Source of the DNA: the human T2T-CHM13v2.0 reference genome, Homo sapiens
DNA: 64,000 nt
Direction: 5' to 3' (one strand)
Assembly (NCBI RefSeq): GCF_009914755.1
Contig: NC_060929.1
Shown: positions 14,010-28,513 of the stretch, piece after piece
Layout: every line of letters starts with the position of its first letter
Position numbering within the stretch: the stretch's first letter is position 1
Program-made: the position numbers and the translations under genes
Notes under the pieces: generated by a model
What the model was told of the DNA's origin: nothing
Seen by the model: the letters and a program-made list of their open reading frames with translations, nothing else
Database searches by the model: none

Positions 14010-15680
14010 TACTGTAATGTTTCAAATTTTAAAAGTGAAAATGTACTACATTGTTGCAAACTTTGAGGAAAGTTGAAATATTTCATTTAAGAATGGCTTT
14101 CCATTCCAAAGTTTGTGATTTTCTTGAAATAAGTGATACATTTATGCATTTGTTAACTGTAATTTCTAGTGTTCTAGACATTTGTATTCTTATTTTTATG
14201 ACAATTCCTTAGACCAAATGTCACTAATAATTGCATTGTACTAATACTATAATTTTCTGCAAATGTCTATTACTTAATATCCTAACTAAATCTCAATCAA
14301 CAATACTCTAAATCTTCTATTTAATCACTTTATTTATGGTGTTTACAAAAGCATGACATAGGTAATAAATAAAGAGACATTTAAATATGTTTTCTTGATT
14401 TCTTATTGTTTAGGCAGAATATTTAATTTCAAATACATTTCAGTATAAGAATAACTTTAAAACTGTACATTGAAATGTTATTTCATGATAGATTTAAAGC
14501 TATGTAATTTTCTCAATTTTGTTCTTTCAGTCTTACTATATTATATAACATGTTGATTTTTTATTTTCTCTAGACAAATCACACATATACTTAAGTAAGA
14601 TGAAAATTAAAAATATTGGCTTCAATTCTTAGATCATTCAATCATTTAGATGATAAAACAATTATGTAATCCACAAATACATGGAGATTACTAATTGTGT
14701 TTTATTTTTCCATGGGAGAATAAAAGTAAATTTCTTGTTAACTTATAGTTCTGACAAACCACTGCTCCAGCTGAATATTTTATGAAGCTACAGTTTGGCT
14801 TGTTAGCAGTCTCAAAGGAAAAATAAGATCAATACTTGTCACAGCAGGAGATACTTTACTGTCAATGGAATGGTATAATGTAGCACTGAGGGTGAAAAAA
14901 TGCACCAACACTTCTCAATTTGGCCTTATGTAATGAGCAGGCTTCTATTAAGAAAACTAAATCAGTTTTCCCGAGAATGTAATGCCCAGATCAAAAGGCT
15001 TAAGTGTCACTTTGTAGTTCCATTTCCATGTTTAGTCCAGTTTATAAACTAGATATATAAACTATGCCAAACTTTTTGATAAGTACGTGACAAGTTGCCC
15101 ATGCATTACGTATATTGCTCAAGCAGTTCTTAATGGTGGGAAAGAAACTCAACAACCCTAAACATTTGAAGCTTTAACATGTTAATGGTTCATAGACATA
15201 GAATATCTGATGATCTTTTTTACGTTTTCCTTTTTTCCTTGTATGCTTCCTTCCTTTCTTTAAGGAGTCTCTCTCCATTTTCCACATTTTGCCTTGATGT
15301 CTGAAAATAACCTTGAAGATTAGTAAATATATGTGCAGTTGTTTGGGAACTATTTTTTAAAATAAAAAGTTATTTCTCATCTGCATACATTTTAAAGTAC
15401 ATTTAAAGATAACAACAATAATTAGGGCTGAGGTCACATTCCAGATATGTCACTAGTCAATCAGATGTGGTTACTAAGGGTGAAGAGAAAAGAGAATGAA
15501 TAGTAGAGGTGGAAGGTGGCGAGTATTGAATATGGTCCTTCAAACAGCCAAAACTAGGAGCTGCAGTCTTACTACTAATTCTCCTCTTATACATACTTTC
15601 CAGGAACAGAAGCCTAGTGGAATCTTGAAGGAGCTTGCCTTAAATGTGTCACATGGCTCCAGGTAGAGTAAGATATTATC

Positions 15681-16050
15681 TGTTATGGACACAAAGGTGC
15701 ACCATCCTATTTATTCTACAAAGAAGGGTGCTGGCCAGGTTTTAGAAGTGTCAGCAGACTGTGGTCAACTGCTTTGAATTTTCTTTAGCTGTAGACAACT
15801 GACTTGAACAAGAGCACATCCTTCCCAGGGTGACTCATATCGAAAGTCTCATTATAGCAGGTAAGTAAGTCACTGCCATGTTGGCTCAGGACAGGGGAAT
15901 TCTGAAGACTCTGTGTGACGGGGCCTGGGTGGAATTGGTCAAGACTTCTTTGGCCTCATACCACAGTCTGTCTTCTCTCACTGCTTAATCTTGGTTTCTC
16001 CCTCATTCTTCCACAAACATTGATCACTAATAATGCCTTGCATATCAAAA
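15681..16050 (+). mobile_element. LTR16-like ERVL LTR, old
   Basis: tg start; 3' part tcttctctcactgcttaatcttggtttctccctcattcttccacaaacattgatcactaataatgccttgcat resembles LTR16A/C. Confidence 0.55.
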
Positions 16051-16099
16051 TTGTTAACATATGCTCTCTACTCAGATAATTTCTCTATCAATTGGACAA

Positions 16100-18153
<2,054 letters not shown>

Positions 18154-18269
18154 ATATGTATATACATGTTCTTATCACCTCTCATTATATGCTGTGTATA
18201 AATATATATGTACTCTTATCACCTCTCATTATATGTGTCTGTATAAATATATGTATATATATATATGTC

Positions 18270-18412
18270 ATCATTATAAGCCCCATTTACCAGAAAAACA
18301 AATTGAGACAATAAGAAGTTTACTAAATTGTAGAATAGTATAAACCTGTAGTTCCTTTACCTGGGATTCTAACACTAAGGTCTGCTTCTGGATTTCTTGC
18401 TCTTATCCACAC
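18270..18412 (-). mobile_element. MIR fragment
   Basis: cattataagccccatttaccagaaaaacaaattgagac...ctgggattctaacactaaggtctg. Confidence 0.55.
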
Positions 18413-18961
18413 ACAACTAATTACATAATAAAATAATTGTTAAGTGCACAACCACTGTGATTTAATTTCTATATTTTTAAAACTTATTTTAAAAATCGAT
18501 TTATGATTATAAAATATATTACCCAAATCACTTGTTCCACTTTGGGATTAGAGTATATCTTTATTAATAAAGGATTAACTAAGCTTCAGGCCTAGTTTAA
18601 GATAAGGGGGACACCCTACATTTTATACTGTTAAAAATGATTGACATATAGCAGTGATGACCCTGTTATTATGCTTGACAGCCAGTTTTCACTGTGTGGT
18701 AGACTTTCTGGTAGCTGAAAATTTGTGATTTAATGGCTATACATTAACAGACTCCATCCATTGTGAAGCCTTTAAAAAGTATATTTAAAAATAAAATATT
18801 GCATGTCACCCTTTTTTTCACAGTAAGAATGAAAATATGGCAATAACATAACTTTTCTGAGGGGAAATAGAAAACTGGGAAAGTAAATATTAATAGCAGA
18901 TGATTTTCAGGAAAAATCAAAGTTGAAAATTAAAAAGTGGTACCCTTATGTTTTGTAAAAA

Positions 18962-19116
18962 TGAGAAAACAGGAAAAAGAAAAAGAAAAAAGAGAAAGAA
19001 AGAAGAAAGAAAAAGAAGGAAAGAGAAAGAAAGAAAGAAAAAGAAAAAAAGAGAGAAAGCAAGAAGGGAAGAGAGGAAGGAAGAAGGAAGGAAGGAAGGT
19101 TAAAAAGAAAAAAGGG
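18962..19116. repeat. Polypurine (GA/GAAA/GGAA) low-complexity tract
   Basis: Directly visible; source of the K/E/R-rich and F/S-rich ORFs. Confidence 0.95.
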
Positions 19117-20639
19117 ATAGCTTGCCTTTTAGCTGTAGAAACCTGGTGTACATTTTTATTGAATAATTGGGAGCAATTTTTAATGCTTAGGCAAAATGTG
19201 TCTAAGGAATAAAATAGAAACTGTGAGCCAGGCTGGGGGTGAAATGCCATATTTCCTCAGTTAACAAAGATGCCAGTGAAGCCTTGGCATTTCAGCATGT
19301 GGTACACAGACTGTACTACCTCAACCCACTGAAAACTGCAGAGGTGAAATTTGAAGTTTATACAAAGGTTTCAACGGTGACAGAAATATAGCAAATGTAA
19401 TGCAGTAAGGATTAGACTGCAGGCGTTTTTACCCTTTTAACTATTCTGAGAATTTCAAATGAGAGAGGGCCAAATGATGATGGAGAGCAAGAATCTAGAA
19501 ATATTATTTTGTGAAAAGTTTCATGATCTATTTCTAAGAGGAAAATGTGACAGCCACAAAATCAGGATATGAAATTATCTCCTTAGTTTAAGTTTGTGAA
19601 ACATTTTATCCCTATTCCCTGGAGGTTTCTGCCACCAAATTTAAAAGTCTTATCTTTATAATAAAATGAAATATTAAGGCAGAATATATAAATCAATTAT
19701 CAAAAAGACATACTCAGATAAAAGATGAAAATATATGAATATCTCAAAGTGTATATTACTTTAATTTCTCATGATTGGATCCTTCAGACCATGCAATTAA
19801 AATAATTTTTTGATAGAACTATTGTAATTGTGAATAGTCAACATGATCTACAAGTAAGTTTCTGAAATCATCTCTTTTTTTTTTTTTTGTTAGACATTTA
19901 TAGACCCATAGCTTTTGAATACACAGATAACTCAAAAAGGTTAAAATTCTCACCATGGATGCAATAGTTGAAATCTGTGATTCTCAAATCCTTTAAAGAC
20001 ACTCCAATATAGCCCTTTTTAATAAAAGATCCTTTGAAGAATATAGCATTTTATGTTATTATGTGTATATATGGATATAGTTTAAAACATGACATTGCTA
20101 TAATGTGGTCAAAAAAGCACACATTTTTAGAGCGAAAAAAAGATCAGAGAATACTTTCTTTAACTCCCTTGACATATAGATGAAGAAACTGAAATCCATG
20201 ATTAGAACAAAACTACTTAGTGTCAGAGATGAGAATATTTCTTTTTAATTATTCTACTGTAACACATTCAAACATGTTTTTATAGAGGCATAGTTAAAAA
20301 AATGTGATTCTAAGACAACTTTAGAGGTAATACACTGGTTAGAATCTACTAATTATTTTTTTCCCTAACTCAAAGAAAAAAAGGCAACAGAAAATATGTT
20401 AAAAAATCATGTGGACTGTGTGTTTATATTACAACACTCTGATGAGGATATGGTATAATCAAACAGATATAATATGCTATTTTACCAACATTGGCTCAAT
20501 TTAGAGTCCGATTAGATTATTTCTAAAATGTAGATACTGCATAAGACTGTCCTGATCCTTATGTATGCCTGGTTGGCACAGAGATAAAGAAGCAACAATT
20601 GCTCGCTTTAAAGTCACTGAGAAAGGCTGACATATCTTC

Positions 20640-21065
20640 TTTCTGGCACAAGGCCTGCATAATACTCAGAAAATCTTTCTCTTCCTTGAACATTCTGAGC
20701 TTATTTGCAACTTCATCTGACACTTATTATTCCCTGAGCCTGGATAACTTTCTGCTCAGATCTCCACATGCCTGGCTTCATAAAATCATTGTCTCACCAT
20801 CAAGGTCATCGGCATCAAGGTGATGTCCTAAGCCTATCCTTACTTGTAATCAAAGACTGCCACCTTAAATTTAATCATTCCAACGAAGTGATCATCACTC
20901 TGAAATTATCATTTTCATTCATTTGGTAAGTGTATGCTCTCCCCAGCAGGACCTTACTAGAATCCTAACTAGGGCAAATAATTGCTTGTGCTAGTCACTA
21001 GCTTCACCTCTTGAACATAGTGTGGGACAGAATAAGTCCTCAATAAATATTAGTGAATGAAATAA
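20640..21065 (+). mobile_element. L2 (L2a-like) 3' end
   Basis: gcctggataactttctgctcagatctccacatgcctggcttc...gtcctcaataaatattagtgaatgaaata. Confidence 0.65.
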
Positions 21066-21432
21066 AAGGAGATGTCTAGAATATTTGGAAGAAAAAGAAG
21101 GACTAAATGGATAAATATACAAAGTTATTTCAATTCACACTTGATATTTTTTGGGAAGTCTGTGATGTGCCAAACACTGCTAGTTGTGAAAGAGAATATA
21201 AGTGTATATGAAAGAAAGAGGTGATTACAGAGCCATAACTAATATCATAATTTAAAGAGACAAGAATGCACATATTTGTTATACAAATACTCAAGACTGA
21301 TAATGTTGGAACAACAATTCATCAGAACGGGAAGATCCGTATGTGACAGCTGAGTTGGACCTTAATAAAAAAAAAAGTATTTTGTCAGGTGAATATAGTG
21401 ATAAAGAAAATCCAAGGAAAGAGCAAGTATGT

Positions 21433-22080
21433 TGTGTTAATTTTCTACTGCTGCCCTGACAAATTACCAAACACTTAACAGCTTAAAACAATACATATTT
21501 ATCAGGTCTCAGCAGCTTTTGTTGGTCAAAGTCTTGGTGGTCTCAACTGCATCCTCTGCTTAGGGGCTGACAAAGCTGAAATCGATGTCAGCTGGGCTTT
21601 GTTCCTTACCTGAGGTCCTGGGGAAAAATCTACTCCCATGATCATTTAGGTCTTTGACCAAATTTAGTGTGTTGTGGCTACAAAATTGAAGTCCCTGGGG
21701 TTTTTTTTTGTTTGTTTATTTGTTTGTATTTTGCTGTTTGTAACCTAGGGCCAGGCATTGCTACTTGATGTTGACCCCATTCCTTTGCATGCTTTCCATG
21801 GGGCTGGCTTCCAGCAATGTCGAGTTAATTCCCTCTTAAGCTTAGAATCTCTCTTGCTTCCTCTTCTCTCACCAGTCAAGAAAAAACATTGTTCCCTCTT
21901 TAATATCTCAAGTAATCACATTGGGCTCACCTAGATAATTCTTTATAATTTCCCTATTTTAAATGAATGAATTAGAAACTTTAATTACATCTGCAAAATT
22001 CCTCTTGTCATGTAATGTAACATATTCACAGACAATACCACGGGTTGAAAATTATGAGAGGTAAAATTGTGCCTACAACA
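21433..22080 (-). mobile_element. MLT1E-type MaLR solo LTR
   Basis: tgtgttaattttctactgctgccctgacaaattacc...aaactttaattacatctgcaaaattcc...gtgcctacaaca. Confidence 0.75.
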
Positions 22081-23769
22081 GCTGCGTTGGCCTAAAAACT
22101 CTAGAAATATCTCAGATTCCTGCTTTTTTCTGCCATGTAATAATCCTCCCTTTGTAGCGACAAATTTGATATATTAATATCAGGAGAATAAGGTACCACA
22201 AGGTTTGGACTGTTTCATTTCTCAGGTAAATTTTACATAATTTTGAAAAGTGAATGAGAAAGTTAAAATCTGAGGTTTTCAAGAAAGTTTTGAAATTTGC
22301 CACACCATCTATTACAATGGAATGAACTGCAATATTTCTATTATTAGATTAAAGGACATGTTCTTCTCAGGGACCCAAGTCAAACAGAAAAAGTGGTAAC
22401 CGAATGTATCTCTTATCCAACATTTTTGATATAAAAGAAGATTAAAGTCATTTTTCTCAAAGAATCCCAAACTTATTCCGGTTCACCTTGCCTGAAATAG
22501 GTAGGATAATATTACTTTTTAAACTTTAAAAAAAATCAAGGAAGAAGCTGAGAATCCGATGATGATCTCGGGATATTCTTAATATTAATTTGAAAATAAA
22601 AGAAAATCTATTTTAAAAACACATATAGGCTGTCTGGAGATATGAATATCATTCAATGACTTATTGAAAAATGTAATTTTATCAAACCCAACGAACAAAA
22701 GTTTGTCTCACTAATCTTTGTCCAAGGAAGTCTCCAAAACAAAGAGCTGAATTAGTGAATATAAATCATACTTTTGGATTATTGTGATACTATGTGACAT
22801 TGAGGAGTTGGTGTCAGGGATGAAGCCAGGAAAGTAAAATGAGTTGAAAAGAAAGTCTTACCCCTATGGGAAAGAGTTAGATTTAGCCTGTATTTAATAA
22901 AATCCGTCCAAGCTGTTCAAGTACTGGTGACATGATCAAATTTATATTGAAGGAAAAATAGGAGGTGATGAATTCAGAGAAGGAAAGACAAATTCTTTCA
23001 CTTAAGTGGTTATTTAGTTTAAAAAAACGGAGTCATAGAGAAAAGTTAAGTATTATAATGGTAGTCCAGATAAGAAAAGGTTGAAATCCAATGTGAAGGT
23101 TACTTGAAGTAAAGAAAGTCAGATATTGCAACTGATGGGGACTGAGAAAAAGGGATTAATTAAATAAGGTATCCAGGGAGCACTTGAGTGATTTGGTGAA
23201 TAGTGTCATGTAAAGGTAATAAAGAACACTCAGGGGAGGGCTTCCACGGTTAGTGGAAGTGAAGATAGTAAATTTATTATGGAAATTCTGGGATTAATGC
23301 GTTTGAGAAATATAAGGAAAGTATTAGTCCTATAGACAGTTGTAAATTTCTATGAAGTATAAAAACAGCTCAGATTGAATATTCCTTACAGCTTCAAAAG
23401 AGATATTAAAGTAAGAGTTAAGAAAATATTATAATTTAGGTAGATTTTAAACTGATTACAATGTAAATCTCTAGATGTTGAACAATAAAAAAATCTTATC
23501 TTCATGTTTCCTTCAGTCAGTCAATAGGGACTTAGCCCAAAAGTTGTTTCATTTTTTTGTCTCTAAGGATGTTTAGTGTAAAAATGAAACCAGCTGGGTA
23601 AAAATAATACAGAAAAAACAAACAAAACAAAAGATCCATTCCCTTACAAAAGTGTTATGTTTGTGAGTATACGCTGGGTAGCAGTGGTGAGTACAATCAT
23701 CTGCTTAAATTTTAAGGAGGGAAGATAAGAGTACTTGTATTTTTTCACAGCGATAAAAATATGAATTAA

Positions 23770-23945
23770 GCCAGGTGCTATGGCATGCACCTGTACTTCC
23801 AGCTACTCAGGAGGCAGAGGCAGCAACATCATTGAGCCCAGGCGTTCAAGGCTATAGTGTTTTATGATCTCGCCTGTGAATAGCCACTGAACTCCAGCCT
23901 GGGCAACATATCCAGATGGTATCTCTAAAAAGAAATTTAAAATAA
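23770..23945 (+). mobile_element. FAM (fossil Alu monomer)
   Basis: Single monomer containing the FAM-type segment tatgatctcgcctgtgaatagccactg, followed by an A-rich tail. Confidence 0.8.
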
Positions 23946-25294
23946 TAGACATCATATTACATTTAGTACAAAGGCACAGGGAGAAACTTAGTCTCTCAAA
24001 GAATTTTAGGTTTTAAAAAATGAAATAGATTTTCCACCCTGTTTTCATAATTTTTCATAATTTTTAAAACCAAATGAAATTGAAGATGTTTCTTTTACTT
24101 CTAATTGCCAATCTAAAAACAACAACAACAAGGTTAAGCCATTTCCAGCTTTTCACAACATTCTATTGAATCAAAATGTTTTCTAGGATTTTAAAAGAAA
24201 ATGTGATAAAATCAAATGAAAAAAGGTGATTTTTCAAATATGGCAGTTTGGCAAATCATGAGTCAATGGTAAGTGATTTAGGCAAAGTTTTAACTACAAA
24301 ATATAAATACTTCTTTGTGCTTCACTATACTTATTCCCAAAAATCAATGGATGCTAACATGAAAACATGTGATTGAGTATACCTTTCAAAAGAGTAATTA
24401 AAGAAAGTTAAACAAAAATTTTTGAAATGTGTAGTAACCAAGTAAGGTATGTTTGCCTAAGGAGGTTAAGAGAATGTTACAGTAGAATTATAGGGAGAGC
24501 AGTGATCTCTTCTATCAAACAATACTGCTATATTCCCCTCAGGGAATGTCAACTGGACTATCATTTACCATATCCAAAGGCTAAGTGAGTAAATTATTAA
24601 AGTGTTTAACAGTTTGGCTTCCAATGCATTATTAGATTAAGCTAAGTTCTCTAGATAGTCTAGTAGTCATTATGCTAAAAGTACAGTTCTCTATTTGGGA
24701 ACACTTTACAGATAGTTTTATTATTTATTGATAGAGTTTTTTTTGGCAAGATGGATCATCATTAATTCAGAAAAAAAGATGAGATTAAATTTTCAGTTTG
24801 AGGGTATATTATATAAAGTCAATGTAGTCTAAATTTAAGTAATATTTGTTACATTAGTATTTCATGTTTACTTTGGCTTTTCAATCCTGCTTGAAAGTAA
24901 ATATCAGATACAATTCCATGGTATAAGAAATTGACCATAGGAGATAGCTTGATACCAAAAATATTGGAGGCTTTTTTTGAGAAGAAACCTAAAAGAAGCT
25001 GGCACGAGCTTTGCACAGACCCAGTTAGACTGAACCTCTGATACTCAAATTTCAGTTTAGGATTCATTACTCAAGTTTTAGAAGACGTTTTCATATAAAT
25101 CTATAGTAGAACCATATTGTTAGTACCTTATGAGCATATTCAAATTCATTAAGCATGTGTCAGTTTTCCTATCAAGGTATGGATGGTCACACTGTCAGCC
25201 ATAATGGGTATTATTAATCCTAGGACTAGGAGACAGAAAGTCTGTTTCTTTTACCTAGGTCCTAGAATCATTTTGCCCAGTATCAAAGAGATGC

Positions 25295-25519
25295 CTTACT
25301 GGCTCTCCATCTCTCCATAGTTCTCTGTCTCTTCTGCCACCATGTGAAGCTGTGCTTGCTTCTTCATTGCCCTTCCACCATAATTGTAAGTTTCCTGAGG
25401 CCTCCCCAGCCAAGCCCCCTGTACAACCTGCAGAGCTGTGAGTCAACTAAAACTCTCTTCTTTATAAATTATCCAGTCTCAGGTAGTTCTTCATAGTAGT
25501 GTAAGAACAGTCTAATAAA
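25295..25519 (+). mobile_element. MSTA-like 5' LTR, 5'-truncated
   Basis: gccaccatgtgaag...taattgtaagtttcctgaggcctccccagcc...ttcttcatagtagtgtaagaacagtctaata. Confidence 0.85.
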
Positions 25520-27156
25520 ATTGCTACCAGTGAAGTGAAGCATTGTTATAAAGATACCTAAAAATGTGGAAGCATCTTTGGAACTGAGTAATGGGCAGAG
25601 GTTGGGTAAGTTTGGAGGGCTTACAAGAAGACAGGAAGATGAGAGTAGGTTTGGAACTTTCTAGAGACTTGTTGAATGGTTATGACCAAAATGCTGATAC
25701 TGATATGAACAGTGAGGTCCAGGCTGTGGAGGTCTCATATAAATATGAGGAACTTGTTGAGAATGAAAGTAAAGGCCACTCTTGCTCTGCTTTAGCAAAG
25801 AGACTGCCGGCATTCTGCCCCTGCTCTAGAGATCTGTTAAACTTGGAACTTGAGGGAGATAATTTAGGGTATCTGCTGAAAGAAATTTCTAAGCAGCAAA
25901 GCATTCAATGTGTAACCTGGCTGCTTCTAATGGTGTACACTAATATGCATGAACAAAGAGATTATCTAAAACTTGAACTTATATTTAAAATGGAAACAAG
26001 GCATAAAAGTCTGGAAAATCTTCAGCCTGGCCATGTGGTAGAAAAGAAAAACTCATATTTTTCTGGGAAGAAATTCATGCCAGCAGCAGAAATTTGGATA
26101 AGTAAAGAGAAATGGAATGCTAATAGACAAGAATATGGAGAAAATGCTACCAAGGCATTTCAGAGACCTTCATGGCAGTTCCTCCCATCACAGGCCCAGA
26201 GGCATAGAAGAAAAACATGATTTTGTGGGCCAGGCCAGGGCCCCACTGCTCTATGCAGAATCAGGCCATGATGCCCTGCATCCCAGCTGCACCAGCCTCT
26301 GGTGCAGCTAACAGGGGTCCAGGTAGAGCCCAGGCCATTGCTTCAGAAGGTGCAAGCCTCAAGCCCTGGCATTTTGATGTGGTGAGGAGCCTGCAGGTAT
26401 GCAAAGAGAAAGAGTTGAAGCTTGGGAGCATCCTCCTAGATTTCAGAGGATGTATGGAAACACCTGGATGTCCAGGCAGAAGTATGCTGCAGAGGCAGAG
26501 CCCTTATGGAGAATGTCTACTAGGGCAGTCTGGATGAAAAATGTGGGGTAGCCCCCACAAAGAGTCCTCACTGGGGCATTGCTTAGTTCAACTGTGAGAA
26601 GAGGACTACTGTCCTCCATACCCCAGAATGGTAGATCCACTGACAGATTGCACCATGCACCTGGAAAAGCCACAGACACTCAATGCCAACCTGTGAAAGC
26701 AGCTGCAGGGGTTGCACCCTGCAAAGCCACAAGGGTGGGTCTGCCCAAGGCCTTGGGAGCCCACCTATTGTGGCAGTATGGCCTGAATGTGAAACATGCA
26801 GACAAAGGAGATTATTTTGGAGCTGTAAGATTTAATGACTGCCCTGCTGGGTTTTGAATTTGCATGGGGTCTGCAGCCCCTTTGTTTTGCCCAATTTATC
26901 TCTTAGAATGGAAGCATGTACCCAACGCCTGTACTCCCATTGTATCTTAGAAGTACCTAACTTGTTTTTAATTTTACAGGCTCATAGGCAGAATTTTACA
27001 GGCTCATAGACTCTGCCTTTTCTCAGATGGGATTTTGGACTTGGACTTTTGAGTTCAGGTTGGAGTGAAATAAGACTTTTGGAGACTCTTAGGAAGGCAT
27101 GATTGTGTTTTGAAATGTGAGAAGGAAATGAGATTTAGGAGGGGTCAGGGTCAGAA
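25520..27156 (+). mobile_element. MST-int (MaLR internal region) with decayed ORF
   Basis: Typical MaLR-int start (aagatacctaaaaatgtggaagc), ORF MGRGWVSLEGLQEDRKM..., and purine tract ggaggggtcagggtcagaa before the 3' LTR. Confidence 0.92.
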
Positions 27157-27551
27157 TGATATGGTTTGGCTTTGTGTCCCCACCCAAATCCCATGTTAAC
27201 TGTAATTCCCAATGTTAGAACTGAGGTCTGGTGGGAGGTGATTGAATCAAGGGAATAGTTTCTAATGGTTTAGCACCAACCCCCTAGTACTGTGTTGTGA
27301 TAGAGTTCTTAGGGGATCTGCTTGTTTGGAAAGAGTGTAGCACCTCCCCCTTGATTCTCTTTCTCCCCTACCACCATGTGAAGATGTGGTTGCTCCCCCT
27401 TCACGCTTCGCCAAGATTGTAAGTTTCCTGAGGCCTCCTCAGCCATGACTCCTGTAAGCCTGTAGAACTGTGAGTCAATTAAACCTCTTTACTTTATCAA
27501 TTATTCAGTCTTAGGTTGTTCTTTATAGTACAGTGAGAATGAACTAATACA
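27157..27551 (+). mobile_element. MSTA-like 3' LTR, complete
   Basis: tgatatggtttggctttgtgtccccacccaaat...gaactaataca (TG...CA ends). Confidence 0.92.
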
Positions 27552-28143
27552 CTCAGATTATTTCTAATTATGGTAACCTAGGTGGGTGCCAAACTGCCTG
27601 TGTCCTTTTTAAATGCAGAATGGGATCAAAAAGTAAAGTGACTTTAAAAGGAGCCCTAGAATTATGTCAGCTTCTGCATTAATTTCAAATTGTCTTCATA
27701 TTGTACTTCACTCTGTATCATCATTGAACATTTATTAAAAGTACTTTAATCTGCATTTTAGATTTCATCTCATCTTCAGTCAGAAATAATATTGAAGGCT
27801 GGTCTTCATTATGTCGTCTTAGAAAAAAATATCCCATGCTTTGGAGCACATAGGCAAACAAAGACCAGTGTCTGCTTTCTCATGGGCATTTCATGAGGCC
27901 ATATAAAGTGGTCACTTTAATTACAGAAAAAGGCACAGGCCGGAAGCATGAGTAAAAACTAGTATATCTTTAAAAAAAATACAAGATATATTGCCATAAA
28001 TACCAAAGAAATAGGTGAAGATATTTGGGCTCAATTTATAGTAATAAAGCCAAGGACTCCTTTTAAAGTTGAAGTCTGAATCACACAGTGTAGTCTATTT
28101 GCATAGTATTTACTATTACAAAATTTTGAAATGATATGTAAAG

Positions 28144-28513
28144 TGATATTGTTTGGCTGTGTCCCCACCCAAATCTCATCTTAAATTGTAGTTCCCATAA
28201 TCCCCACATGTCATGGGAGGGACCCAGTGGGAGGTAATTGAATCATGGGGGTGGTAACCCCCATGCTGTTCTCATAATAGTGAGTGGGTTCTCACAAGAT
28301 CTGACAGTTTTATAAGCTTTTCTCCCTTTGCTCAGCACTTCTCTCTCCTGCTGCCATGTGAAGAAGGAGGTGTTTGTTTCATCTTCCGCCGTGATTGTAA
28401 GCTTCCTCAGGCCCCCCAGTCCTGTGGAACTCTGAGTCAATTTAACCTTTTTTGTTTATAAATTACCCAGTCTTGGACAGTTCTTTATAGCAGCATGAGA
28501 ATGCACTAAAATA
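28144..28513 (+). mobile_element. THE1C-like solo LTR
   Basis: tgatattgtttggctgtgtccccacccaaatctcatc...gcagcatgagaatgcactaa. Approximate 5-bp TSD taaag/tgaag. Confidence 0.9.

Noticed and set aside
18654-18718. Possible box C/D snoRNA (GTGATGA ... CTGA, 65 nt)
   Set aside because: No terminal stem (atagca versus aaattt), no clear C'/D' boxes and no recognisable rRNA guide; chance-level.
18930-19250. K/E/R-rich and F/S-rich ORFs
   Set aside because: Translations of a polypurine simple repeat.
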